Assembly: GCA_002269645.1 (NCBI GenBank)
Contig: NIVC01000741.1
Location: 62,001-126,000, forward strand
Direction of reading: 5' to 3'
Source: Macrostomum lignano
Lineage: Eukaryota
Length of the DNA stretch: 64,000 nucleotides
This document shows, in pieces, positions 46,993 to 60,263 of this stretch. The notes under the pieces were generated by a model. It was not told the DNA's origin. It saw nothing but the letters and a program-made list of their open reading frames with translations, and ran no database searches. Within the stretch, counting starts at the first letter, position 1. The number at the start of each line of letters is the position of its first letter. Made by a program: the position numbers and the translations under genes.

Positions 46993-49900
46993 GTCTGTCT
47001 GTCTGTATGTCTTTTTTTCTTCAATCTGACTGCCATCTACGAACATCTGATGCACATCTGTTTTAATGTTTGAGAAGATGTCTGGTTTACTGTCCGTATC
47101 AAGGTATCTTGCTCACAGCAGACAGGTAGGCCAGGCGCAAATTACTTACCCGCAAATCGATATCTGGCCACGCGAATGCCGATCAGCGGCGCGAACAGGG
47201 CCAGCCAGGTGGTGTAGAAGACCAGCCGAACGAATTTGGTCACGTCGCCCAGCAGGATGAGGTTCTGCAGGCGGCCGAATCGCCAATTCGGCTGGCCTGT
47301 CTCAGGCGGGAAGGGAGGCGAGGTCTTGACAGACTGCCGGTTGTTACCTGACCTCTCAGTGACCCACCTGACCTCTCAGTGACCCACCTGACCTCTCAGT
47401 GACCCACCTGACCTCTCAGTGACCCACCTGACCTCTCAGTGACACACCTGACCTCTCAGTGACCCATCTGACCTCTCAGTGACCCATCTGACCTCTCAGT
47501 GACCCATCTGACCTCTCAGTGACACACCTGCCTCTCCGTGCCCCACCTGACCTCTCAGTGACACACACACACCTGACCTCTCAGTGACCCACCTGACCTC
47601 TCAGTGACACACCTGACCTCTCAGTGACACACCTGACCTCTCAGTGACCCATCTGACCTCTCAGTGACCCATCTGACCTCTCAGTGACACACCTGCCTCT
47701 CCGTGACCCATCTGACCTCTCAGTGACACACCTGCCTCTCCGTGACCCACCTGTCATGGAGAACTCCTGCTCCACGTAGGCCTCACGGCCGATGGCGTCT
47801 CGGACTCGAACCTCTAGCCGGTGTCGGTCGCCGGCATGCGCCCCAGGTTGCCATGGCAACGAGTAGAGCCCGGCCACGCCCACGCCTGGCTGAGGCGTCG
47901 CGTTGCCAAGGTAACCGCCGTCGAGCCACACCTTTACGAAGGCGATCGCGTCGGGCGAGAAGGCCAGCACGCGGATCTCCAGGCTGCGGTTCAGCCAGGC
48001 CGCCGGCTCCTTGTGCGGCAGCAGGTACCTGGCGTCCTTCGGGCTGGTCACGTGCACAGCGGGCCAGGTGCCCAGGCGGAGGTCGCGGAAGCTGACAACG
48101 TCGTTGTCAATGGCAACAATGCGGTACAGCCGGTTGTCCATCCAGTCGCCCAGCTCGAGCTCCAGGAAGCCCTCGGGGTGCAGGCCGTACATGTTGGGCA
48201 CGGAGCCGCCCAGGGTGTGCAGGTGGCCGCACATGTACGAATAGGCGTGCCGGCTGCGGGCCACATGAGCTCGTAAAACTCCGCATAGCAAGCATAGAAA
48301 CCACGCATAGCAGGCCAATTCAGCATCAATAAAAATCAATACGTTGAGCTCTAAAAGTACTCACCCAAGAAAGCTGTGCAAATCGAAGCCCTGGCTAACA
48401 ATGATCGACAGCGGGTAGTGGCCGAACCAGAACGAGTGGTTGCTCGTCCGAGCTTTGCGAGCGAGGCGCTGCACATCCAGGATGGCGGTCTGCGGCAGTG
48501 GTGAGACAATCATTTTAACTGGTTTGATTTTGGTAGGTTGCTGCCCCCAGGTGCCTGTTAGTCCCTAATTTCTAGGGCTTAGATATTAAAGAAGTAAGAC
48601 AGGACATCAAGATAGGTTTTAAACTGTTTACAAAAGGTGTTTACATTAAATTGTCCTAGTATTTTTCCTTTTTATTGTGCTTTGGGCAAGACTCCCAGTT
48701 ATGCTTGCCTATGTTTGTCTATGCTGGTCAATTATTATCCCTTTACCTTAATGCTTTTTGGCTAGATTTTCTGCTCTTTATTTATAAAGAATCCTGTAAA
48801 ACCCCAACTACCCTAATTACCAATTCTTCCGCAACTGAAAACTACTATCAGTAGCGTAAAAGCAAATACTATTCGCATTCCTAAACTATACCCTACTACA
48901 CTTAGGCGTCTGCGGAATGAGCAGAATTGCAATGACGCTGGTTTTCGATGTCGCCAAAGGCTGCGCGCCACAGTGGCGGCAGCCCTCCCACAATTTTTGA
49001 CAACTCGGAAAATCCGACCGTTTCGAAGGAATCGTTGAACATCTCGACAGTGTTGAATGCTTGAGACTTGCAGTACAAGTACTTGCTGATAAATATGCAG
49101 AACAAAATTATACATACAAATTTACGTGTACACATGTGCCCCGGGCTGTACTTTTACCTTACCTAGAATTTCGACTCAAATTTGGTAAGCAAAGGGAGAA
49201 TTATCCCCAACCGCAACAGGGATCTCACCGTATCCAAGAATCCAAAAAAGTTATACGGCCGCTTCGGGCCCGGCATCGGCACCACGTCAAGCGCCACGAA
49301 GCTGTACTGACCGAACGGCTTGCGCACCGTGTGCATGTAGGACCTGGGGCTGTCCTTGCCGCGGCGCGAGTACTTGGCGAAGAAGTTCTGCCTGGCGTCC
49401 AGGGAGAAAATGTTGAATGCGTCTGCGGTGCGGGCGGGAGGCTAAGAATTAGTTGGCCAGTTGGCACACGGCTGGGTTGGGCCCTGGTATCAGGGAGAGG
49501 GAGGCTAAGGATTAGTTGGCCAGTTGGCACACGGCTGGGTTGGGCCCTGGTATCAGGGAGAGGGAGGCTAAGGATTAGTTGGCCAGTTGGCACACGGCTG
49601 GGTTGGGCCCTGGTATCAAGGAGAGGGAGGCTAAGGATTAGTTGGCCAGTTGGCACACGGCTGGGTTGGGCCCTGGTATCAAGGAGAGGGAGGCTAAGGA
49701 TTAGTTGGCCAGTTGGCACACGGCTGGGTTGGGCCCTGGTATCAGGGAGAGGGAGGCTAAGGATTAGTTGGCCAGTTGGCACACGGCTGGGTTGGGCCCT
49801 GGTATCAAGGAGAGGGAGGCTAAGGATTAGTTGGCCAGTTGGCACACGGCTGGGTTGGGCCCTGGTATCAGGGAGAGGGAGGCTAAGGATTAGTTGGCCA

Positions 49901-52332
49901 GTTGGCACACGGCTGGGTTGGGCCCTGGTATCAGGGAGAGGGAGGCTAAGGATTAGTTGGCCAGTTGGCACACGGCTGGGTTGGGCCCTGGTATCAGGGA
50001 GAGGGAGGCTAAGGATTAGTTGGCCAGTTGGCACGCGGCTGGGTTGGGCCCTGGTATCAGGGAGAGGGAGGCTAAGGATTAGTTGGCCAGTTGGCACACG
50101 GCTGGGTTGGGCCCTGGTATCAGAGAGAGGGAGGCTAAGGATTAGTTGGCCAGTTGGCACACGGCTGGGTTGGGCCCTGGTATCAGGGAGAGGGAGGCTA
50201 AGGATTAGTTGGCCAGTTGGCACACGGCTGGGTTGGGCCCTGGTATCAGAGAGAGGGAGGCTAAGGATTAGTTGGCCAGTTGGCACACGGCTGGGTTGGG
50301 CCCTGGTATCAGGGAGAGGGAGGCTAAGGATTAGTTGGCCAGTTGGCACACGGCTGGGTTGGGCCCTGGTATCAGGGAGAGGGAGGCTAAGGATTAGTTG
50401 GCCAGTTGGCACGCGGCTGGGTTGGGCCCTGGTATCAAGGAGAGGGAGGCTAAGGATTAGTTGGCCAGTTGGCACGCGGCTGGGTTGGGCCCTGGTATCA
50501 GGGAGAGGGAGGCTAAGGATTAGTTGGCCAGTTGGCACGCAGCTGGGTTGGGCCCTGGTATCAGGGAGAGGGAGGCTAAGGATTAGTTGGCCAGTTGGCA
50601 CGCAGCTGGGTTGGGCCCTGGTATCAGGGAGGGGGACTGCCTGCCACAAGCAACAGCCAGGCAATGTCAAAAGTGCATACTTTCAGAAAAATTCATTCTC
50701 GAAGTCAGTGACTGATTCATTGCTTTTTAGTTATCCATATTGAATTGAACAGGAAAGGTCTACGACTACTGACTGCCGCAATTTGACTGCCGAACCTAAA
50801 TCTAACCTAAATCAAGATCCTAACCTAACCTAAACCCTAACCTAAACCTTAACCATAACCTTAACCATAACCTAAACCCTAACCATACAATCTAACCTAA
50901 ACCAGGACCCTAACCTAACCTTAAACCTTAACCCTAACCTAAACCTTAACCCTAACCTAAACCTTAACCCTAACCTAAACCCTAAGCTAAACCCCAACCT
51001 AAACCATAACCAGATGACCTAACCTAAAACCTCACCCAAGAACCTAGCCTAAACTCCAATTCCTAAACCCCAACCATAACCCGATAACTAACCTAACCTA
51101 AACACTAACTTAACTCTACCATAAAACCAGTTTGTAACCAGCCCTAACGCTAACACTTGATCCCTGCAGCTAACAAAGAAGGTCAAAAGCAGTCACCATG
51201 GTTGCCGCGCAGATCAAGCCACTTCGTGACCTCGTCGACCTTGAACTCCTGCAGCAGGCCGTGGTAGATTTTCCACTCCTCCTCGTACTGTCGGGAGGCC
51301 TTGAAATCCGGCAGCTTAGCATCGGTGAGGTCACCGGACACCACCACCAGCTCGGGCCGGATGAGCCGCAGCTCATTGGCCAGAAACTGGCGCAGGTCGG
51401 GCACGCGGGCTGGGTCGCGGAACAGGCTGACATGAATGTCGCTCAGCTGGGTTGGCAATAATGCATTTCTGATTTGTGATCACTGTGTTCGCTAGTTACA
51501 CTACAAGTAGGCTATTGAGTACATTTTTATTAGGAATGGTAACTTAATGCATTTTCCTAACACTTCTAATATTAGTACCAAGATTCATACATGTAGGGTA
51601 TGAAATAAAAGCTTCTTTAAATAAAGTAATCTTATACAAGGTACATGTAATAATCTATTTGATATTAACAAAATGCTTATTAGTAGGAGTTCATATCCAT
51701 TAAAAGTTTTATTCGTGTGTATTAAATCATAAATCTTGCAGTTTTACATATATATTACTATTACTTTGGTGGCCTAGTCAAACATCTATAAAAACAAACA
51801 TGCAAGTATTGCATCAGTATATTAACAGCTAAACTTTTCTAACCAATACAAAGCATTAAGATTTGTTGAAGCAAAATGGTTATGCAAGTTATATAAGAAG
51901 CAAATTGGTTTGCTCATATAACTAACTGAGTTTTGAGGTCTTGACAGTTTTGTCAAAATAAAAAAATGAGAGTTATTATAAAAACATGTTTCTTGATATA
52001 GTAAAGCCTAAAAAAGAAAATTATTTATTTAATTATTTAATTGATTTACTTATATATAAACTGGGGCATGGGTAGAGTGTATAGGAACCCTATATGCTTA
52101 TATATATTAAATTAAAGGATTGTCTTTTAACACTACAAAGATTTTAAGCACTTGCAATAAAGGTGCTACTTATATGTTGTTATTAGAATAGTGTATGATT
52201 ATATCATATGTTATAAATGATTAATAATTTGTTTATAAAGAAGCTTATTGTAGCCAATGAATATTTTTTATAAACAAAATAGTCTTGTATCAATAAAAAT
52301 TGTTTGGCATGTTAGGTACAAAGACTCTAAGA

Positions 52333-52363
<31 letters not shown>

Positions 52364-55300
52364 GACCGGTATTCCAGTCTACAGCCTGAATGCCTGAACT
52401 GATTTTTTTCAAACTTGCTTTATTCAATTGCAAATTCTTGTGAGATTGTGTGGGTGTAATTGCATTGAAAAAATCGAATGGGAAGATGGTTAAATATTCG
52501 AAAAACGAGTTTTCCCAATGCTTTCAATGGGAGGCTAGAAAAGGTCAAAATCTGACTAACTGAATTTCAATTCCAATTAAGATTGCACCACAACTTTTCT
52601 CTGTTCACTGTGTACGCCTCAATACTGGCTGCAATAAGGGAGAGGAAAATAATGCTCAGTGGCTGCGTGTGTACATTCTGACCCTGGCTGACTGGTGGAC
52701 TGCATAGACAATTGCTATTAATAGATTTCACTCAACTGTGCATTGGCTCTGCCTGCATACAACCTGTGCACACTGAGCAGCCTATCACTGCTATGTATTT
52801 GACTGCAGTGCCGAAGCATATATGGCTGATTTTTGCGCCCTCCGATCAGTAGGCGGAATAGCCGCAGTGTAGGCACTAGGACTAGGTTTAGGCTAGGCAA
52901 TAAGGTCCAAGGTTCGAGTCCGCCTCCCCAGCGGATAATTAAAATTAAATAAATTCATTCATAAGTAGCTTCTGCCTCGACTATTTTGAACATTTTTTGA
53001 TTAATTGTAATTAAATTTTTTTATTAATTACAATAATTTATTTTGCTACTTGCACAAGCCACTAAGCAAATTTGATTTGATTTGTAAAATCCTAAGATCC
53101 CATTAATTGTTATTATCTAGGTTTATAGAAGTAGATATTACTAAACTGCAGGGGATTAAATTACTAAACTGCAGATGATGCTGCTAAACTGTATTGCTAA
53201 ATGCTGAGTGGTGCAAAAGATTGCTGATATGTATCGAAAATCGATCAGTGAGCCATAAAATGCTGAGCTAATTTCTACATTGTTGAAAGGATCATTGCAG
53301 TAGACGATGCTGCTAAACTGCTGAGGTATTGCTAAATGCTGAGTTGCGCAAGACTGCCAATATGTATCGAAAATTGATTAGTGCGCCATCGTAAATGCTG
53401 AGCAAATTTTTAAATCATTGAAAAGATCATTGCAGTTTGCTGAGAATAAAGTACTGAGGGGCCAGCTGAGAGAACTGCAGACTGCTGAGGGGATAAATGA
53501 GAATTGACTGCAAATGAATTGACTGCAGACTGCTGAGGGGAATGGCAGTTAGTTTCTCGAGACTTATGAGCATATGCTGCAAACTGCCTAGGGGATAGCT
53601 GCAGACTGCTAGGATAATAATGGCAGACTTCTGAGGAGGATATCTAACTGTGAATAATTGTAGCTTGCTGAGGGGACAATTCTGGGAGGTGGAAATAATC
53701 TGGGAAGCGGCGGTAATCTGTGGAGCGGTGCTAATCTGGGCTGAGTGCTAATTTGGGCTGAGTGCTAATCTGTGCTGAGTGCTAATCTGGGCTGAGGGCT
53801 AATCTGTGCTGAGTGCTAATCTGGGCTGAGTGCTAATCTGGGCTGAGGGCTAATCTGTGCTGAGTGCTAATCTGGACTAAGTGCTAATCTGGGCTGAGTG
53901 CTAATCTGGGCTGAGGGCTAATCTGTGCTGAGTGCTAATCTGGACTAAGTGCTAATCTGGGCTGAGTGCTAATCTGGGCTGAGGGCTAATCTGTGCTGAG
54001 TGCTAATCTGGGCTGAGTGCTAATCTGGGCTGAGGGCTAATCTGTGCTGAGTGCTAATCTGGACTAAGTGCTAATCTGGGCTGAGTGCTAATCTGGGCTG
54101 AGGGCTAATCTGTGCTGAGTGCTAATCTGGACTAAGTGCTAATCTGGGCTGAGTGCTAATCTGGGCTGAGTGCTAATCTGGGCTGAGTGCTAATCTGGGT
54201 GCAGTGCTAATCTGGGGGAAATGGGGCTAATCTGGGAGTGTGCGGCTAATATAGGGGTGTGCAGCTAATATGGAGGTGTGCGGCTAATATGGGGGTGTGC
54301 AGTTAATATGGGGGGAGTAATGCTAATCTGGGGGAAGTGGGGCTAATCTGGGGGTGTAGGGCTAATATGGGAGAATAGCGCTAATCTGGGGAGGATTTGA
54401 ATATAACGAATAATCATAAAAGAACTATAAATGAATTGACATTGCAAAGTTTCAAACATAAGGAAATGTAACTTTTTAGAACTTTTTGTCTCAGTAAAAT
54501 TGGTGTACAACTGCTTAGAGATTTGCTACTGCAGAACTGCTTGGAGATTAGTGAGATATGCTTAACGACTATGCAAAACTGCTTATAGACAAGCGCTCAA
54601 CTGCTAAGAAGCCACCCGGAAGGGGGCTAAATGGCTAGTTATATACTAAAAACTGACAATATAGTATGTCTACTTTGTCTACCTTGTTGTTACTAATAAA
54701 ATTTCATTATAGTACATTGGGATATAGTAATGCTGCTTTTTTAACTAAAGCAAAGGCTACAGTAATTGTATAAAATGATACAGTTAATGACTAACATTAA
54801 CAGACCCATATGCTTTAAAAGTTTTGTTTCTTTAAGTTTTATTATTGTAAATATCTCATTGTCATAAGCCTAACAAAGAAGTCTAACTATATTTAATCAA
54901 AATTATTTTGCTACTTTCTATTAGCTTGTAGACTTATTGTAAATAAGGATAAGTTCCTATTGCATTTTTTGTTTATAGGCCTAACTTTTATTTTCATTTC
55001 TGTTTTTAAAGATGGTAAAGTTTATTTGGAAAACTGTTACAGCAAAAAAGATAGAGTATGTTTTCTAGTGTATTTAGGCCTAAGAACTATCTAAGGCTAT
55101 TTGGTATAACTAAAATAAGATCATTGAATAGATTAAATTATTATTTAAAAAATTAAAAGGAAAAAATAAGAACTTAGCAAAAGTAAATAATATAGTAAAA
55201 ATGGTCCTAACTATGCCAAGGTCATTTTGGGTTTCATATTTTATGCTAGGAATTTCTTGAATAAACTAGGCCTATATGATCTAGATTGTGTAGGACCAAG

Positions 55301-56635
55301 ACTGCCACACTTAGGGGAGCTAATGGGAGAAATTAGACTCAATGTGTTATTGGATAGTGTTTGGGACTGGGGGGGGGGGTGCATACAAATTTGGCAATAA
55401 ACAAACTCAGCAATTGAAATTAAAGATAGACAAATTTGGCAAAAGCAAATTGGCAACAATTTAGGCAAACTTAGCAACAAGTATTTTTTAAGTCTGATTT
55501 ATTGACTACAACTAAGGCTTCAGATATAAGCTGTCTGCTGTTAGACCAACCCTCCCCACACTTTTTGTTAATAGTACAACACATGACTTCAACTTAAGTA
55601 TGATACAAAGTGTGCATTGTCAACTAAGTGCATTGCAGAAAAATGTATATAAGAACAGAAGTACTGTCAATTGATATAATTGCTGTATATGTATGTTGTA
55701 TATAAAACTTAGACTTCTATGGCAAGTGCTACAAGACTCTAGCCACTTAACTCCCACACAAATGACCTTTGATATAAAAAAATGTATCAAAGGCATTGCA
55801 CATCTTCAATAATAAAGGAACATTTTTTAGAAAACACATTTGAATTAAATTTCAAGATAAAAAAATGGGTGAAACAAACTCAATTGAAAAAGAAAGCTAA
55901 TATGTATTATCTAATACCATTGTACCAAAATAGTTAATAAGATTATACAGAATTATTATATTGCCAAATTTTAGGAAATTGTTGCCAAATTTGCTTTTGA
56001 CAAATTTGTCCATAGGGAATCTCTGTTACTAAATTTGTTTGTTGCCAAATTGGTCAATACCTAGACTAGGCCTAGGAAAATGCAAGAAGGTAGGGAGAAC
56101 TAGCAAAACAAGGCTGCCAATGTGAGGAAAGGAATTGTACCTGTGAGCCCTTATGCTTCTCAATTCTAATAGCCAATAAGATTTATGGCAGTCTTGATAT
56201 ATGATGGTCTTAACTATTTGCCATTTAGATTATACTAGCTAAATTAGCATAATACTAAAGCTAGTAAAAGGCAATATTTTCTGTGGCTAAAATGATTTAA
56301 GGAAAAAAATCACTAGCTACCACTTAAGACCTATCTTTGTCTTTAGGCCAACTCAAATAATTAAAAAAAATAATTACAATCCCTTTTTATATGTTTTTAA
56401 TTTAAAAAAATGATTTAATATAAAAAAATTAAAATTGACTTACCTGTAGAAATACAAGAATATTCTTTGAATTCCATTCATATGCTTTATATTTCTCTAA
56501 TATTGAATTTTTGTTTTGTAGCTCAAAATTCTTTAAAACAGCATATGACCTAAGATCAAGGTATAATAACAAACAATAACCAGCCAAACAACCAAAACAA
56601 AGAAGAATTACTAGCTTTCCAATAAGCTTGAGCAT
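45958..56635 (-). CDS. TMEM62: TMEM62 (calcineurin-like metallophosphoesterase plus C-terminal TM domain), 663 aa; exons 56635-56444, 51446-51197, 49422-49229, 48489-48365, 48253-47751, 47296-47150, 46727-46578, 46388-45958
   Basis: LSDIH, SGDLTDAK, WLDLRGNHD, PGPKRPYNFFG, WFGHYP, YMCGHLHTLGG, LELELGDW..NRLYRI; phases join to 1992 nt. Confidence 0.94.
46795..47000. repeat. (CTGT)n-type microsatellite in TMEM62 intron 6
   Basis: Directly visible. Confidence 0.9.
47347..47752 (-). repeat. ~20-bp minisatellite (TGAGAGGTCAGGTGGGTCAC on -) in TMEM62 intron 5, containing copies of the exon-5 donor
   Basis: The true junction ACAG|GTGGGTCAC is echoed in many units. Confidence 0.9.
49433..50635. repeat. 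63-bp minisatellite, ~19 copies, at the 3' end of TMEM62 intron 2
   Basis: Unit GGGAGAGGGAGGCTAAGGATTAGTTGGCCAGTTGGCACACGGCTGGGTTGGGCCCTGGTATCA; explains ORFs 49061..50743 and 49225..50670. Confidence 0.96.
50790..51155. repeat. Degenerate telomere-like (CCTAA/CCCTAA)n tract, interstitial
   Basis: AACCCTAACCTAAACC runs. Confidence 0.75.
52852..52930 (+). other. tRNA-derived (SINE-head-like) sequence with Pol III A/B boxes; not a foldable tRNA
   Basis: TAGCCGCAGTG (A-box-like) and GGTTCGAGTCC (B box, from 52911); T-stem does not pair. Confidence 0.35.
53116..54638 (+). mobile_element. Candidate non-autonomous Helitron carrying a 17-bp minisatellite
   Basis: 3' hairpin GCCACCC-GGAA-GGGGGC then CTAG|T at 54635-54639; possible 5' A|TC at 53115/53116 (weak). 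Confidence 0.55.
53720..54390. repeat. 17-bp minisatellite GCTAATCTGGGCTGAGT (~28 near-perfect copies, degenerate flanks)
   Basis: Directly visible. Confidence 0.93.
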
Positions 56636-58344
56636 TCTTTATAGGTTTAATTGTTCTTTAAAGTTCAAGTCTATTTACTTAGGGGCCTAGTCAAGAAAGG
56701 TAAAAGATCTAAGTGAGTAGGCTTATTATTAATAAAGCAAAGCCTAAAGGCTAACCTAGCTAGAGCTAGGCCAAAGTTAATTATAGCAATAGGCCCAGGC
56801 CTGATAGGCCTATTATGTTTATTTGTAACAATAAAATACTTTGCTAATCTTTAGGGCTAGGCCTATAGCCTAATGCAATGGTCCTAACTTCCTAAGCCAA
56901 TATGTTGTCAGTATCTCAGTAACAATGATTGGGCCTAAAAATCAAGCACAAAAAGTTTTTGGAAAGTTTAATAATATTTGTATCTATTATCATGACTTTC
57001 TTAAACTTACACTTATGATAGAGTAGGCCTAGTAGTAATACCTAGCCATAGCTACAGGCTACAGCCTATGCTATGAAATTGAGGGGCCTAATAAATGTTT
57101 ATCAGGTGATTCAGTATTTAAATTTAATGTCACAAATTTTCTAGACTATAGTATGGTTGTATCAAGCAGGTGGGCCTGTGATGTGCTCAGTTGTGTTGTG
57201 TTTTATGTGTGTAAGGCCAGGGGTATCCAGTCAGTCAGCTAGGCCTACCTATAATCTAAGTAAATAAGAATGTAAAGTTAAAGAAGGCTAAAGCATCAGT
57301 CATCGGAGACAGTGTTTCTGTGACACTAGGATATACTATGGCCTACTCTATAACCGCTTCTAATAGTATTATGACAAAGGCAAAGTACTATCAGCATCAC
57401 CTCTGACCTCACAAGACAAACAACGAACGTCGCAGTTTCTTAGAAAGTTAAACCTAGCACGTGGCTTATAAAACTAGAATATATGATTTATAACGAACTC
57501 TAAAAATAAAAACCATTCTGGTAAATTCTTTTTAATATCTCAAAAAATCTAACTGTACTTGCTTTTGACTGTTTAAAAATTTTTATAGTTAAAACAATAA
57601 TTAAACCCTGGGATTTGCGACTCTCTGAACCGGCTCTTGCAATGATTAGTTGTCTATATATATGATTTTTGATATGGACAATGCTCGAATTGTCATTGCC
57701 AATTAGCAATATACCATAGGCAATTCGAGCATTGTCTATGGAAGAAATCATATACTAAATGAAAAAGTATAGATATCAGGCTATCTGTGGAGCTATCAAA
57801 CAAGTCAGAGGCCAGAAAATGGCCATCTTTAAAATGCTGTCTCAACAATAGAACAACAATACGCAGTTAGCGTCACGGGGCGCGCCTCAAGGCCAGTGTC
57901 GTAGTTTGAACGAATCTGTCGGCACTTTAGCGTTAATGTTCGAGTGGCACAGAGTTTATTCAAGCATAGAAGATTATGGGCCGTATGCAGCTAAGCTCTG
58001 TCTAAGGTAGTCCGGTCTTGAAAAGCTACACCTTTTTCCATTCTATTTTGGCAAGCGTGCAATCAAAGTCAAAATCTTTTCATTCAATTCAGACAGTTTA
58101 TGGTAGTTCACTCCATAAACTGGAGTCTTCACTCGGCATTCAATTCCGACTAATGTGCTTTCAAAAGCGACAATTTTCAAACAAAGCAAACAAACCTACC
58201 ACGAGAAATCGACACTTTGCAATCAATTCAAACAATTTTGCAATCAATTCCGACAGTTGGCTATGAATTGGCTTTTTCTGTCCTCCTATCTATGGCTCAT
58301 ACAGCGAAATTTCCAATCAATTCCGACAAATTTCAAAGCCACTA

Positions 58345-58605
58345 GCCGATCTTGAAGGCGGCGCGCAGCAGGCCAGCGTGCGCCGCGTCAACTTGTTGCT
58401 CGAGCGACTCCGTCAGCGTCCAGGTCTCTGCGTGGTACAGCAGGACGGTCTCGATCACCGTCACCGCCTGGAGCAACGCCGCGCCTTTGGCGGTCAGGTA
58501 AGGCCTCGGAATGCCCTCACAGAACAAAAAGCAGCTCAGGCAAGCCCACGGCGACGCAGCAAATCCTCGTGGACGCCGGGAACAAGACCGCTGGGGTAGA
58601 CGAAC
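58345..58605 (-). pseudogene. Short non-LTR retrotransposon RT C-terminal fragment
   Basis: VIETVLLYHAETWTLTESLEQQVDAAHAGLLRAAF matches the LLY.AETWTL thumb motif of RTE/CR1-type RTs. Confidence 0.75.
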
Positions 58606-58608
58606 TGC

Positions 58609-59054
<446 letters not shown>

Positions 59055-59717
59055 CAGTAAAACCATAGTTAAAAGCTGCTTGACAAGAAAAATTAAAAGG
59101 AAACAATGTATTCTGATGCCTGTGAAATTTTTCAAATTGTAGAAATCCCCAGCCCCGCTGAGCAAAGAAGCTCTAGTTTAGTATTGTTTAACCAAACGTT
59201 AGAGAGATCTCGCCAACCCAAGTACTGTGTGCTTGTTGCTCTGCTATGAGCGCTTCTCTTTCGACGCCTTATTAGATATGATATGCATGTCTCACTTAGT
59301 TCTGCCAGAGCAACTGTCGCAGCGCTGCTCCCCCCCCCCCCCTACCCCCACTCAGATACAAAACTGCCAGCGCCAACCCGAGAAACACGTGAACCGAACG
59401 CGTGCAGCTCCGTCGCGGCTGCATTGTGCCTGGCTGCACTGGAAAACAGCACAGCCGCAGCGCCGAGTGGGACACTCACTGTTTACACTCCGCCATAAAC
59501 CTCTCTGTCCCTCTGGACTCACTTGTACACTCGCAAAGTTGCGTACATTGGCGCTAAATGAATTTGCTTCGCTCGATATAAGACCGCGTTATAAACTACC
59601 TTGTAGGCGAGCAAGCAGGTGACCTTCGCAAGCAATAGAGACACAATTATTTTGCTATTTCTCTGGAAGAGAAAACCAGATTGGAATATTTTCCGAGTAA
59701 GCCACAAGCGCTGAAAA

Positions 59718-60263
59718 ATGGGCGCCATCTGCATGGTGGTCTGCATGGCCTTTCTGGCCATCGTGTCCTTCTGCCTCAGCATAGCCGAGATCGTCATGGG
59801 CGCGATGTATTTCAACCGCTGCCCTATAGAGCACTACATTCCCATTTACCTGGTTGTCAGCGGCGGCGTTGGGGTGATCCTGGCGCTGACCAACGGCTCG
59901 GACGCGCACAAGACGCACAAGAAGTCGCGCGACGCATCGGCAAACGAAGGCGGCGAAAGCGACCGGCTGCAGGGCGGCATGGAGGAGATGAACCAGCAGA
60001 GCGCCGGTGAGAAGTGCTGGTCCGGCATCCGCAGCCTCCTGACTCTGTTCGCCTTCATCTGGATGATCATCGGCATGTACTGGGTTCTGCATGTGCGCGG
60101 CAACGTGAGCGCGGACTCCTCTAGTTCGCAGTACTGCAACCCGAATCTGTACCTGTTCGCCCTGGTGATGGTGTTCATCCGGCTGGCGCTCATCGTCGCC
60201 ACTCTGGTTGTCGCGGTGTGCGTCTGCTGCGGGCTGGTCTGCTGCGCCGTGTGCATGGCCTGA
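59718..60263 (+). CDS. TMEM272-like four-TM membrane protein, 181 aa, single coding exon
   Basis: G..Y..RCPIEHYIPIYLVVSGG, FIWMIIGMYWV, YCNPNLYLFA, Cys-rich C-terminus; GC3-rich codons. Confidence 0.8.
   Translation: MGAICMVVCMAFLAIVSFCLSIAEIVMGAMYFNRCPIEHYIPIYLVVSGGVGVILALTNGSDAHKTHKKSRDASANEGGESDRLQGGMEEMNQQSAGEKCWSGIRSLLTLFAFIWMIIGMYWVLHVRGNVSADSSSSQYCNPNLYLFALVMVFIRLALIVATLVVAVCVCCGLVCCAVCMA

Noticed and set aside
49061-50743. 560-aa and 481-aa ORFs
   Set aside because: Products of the 63-bp intronic array.
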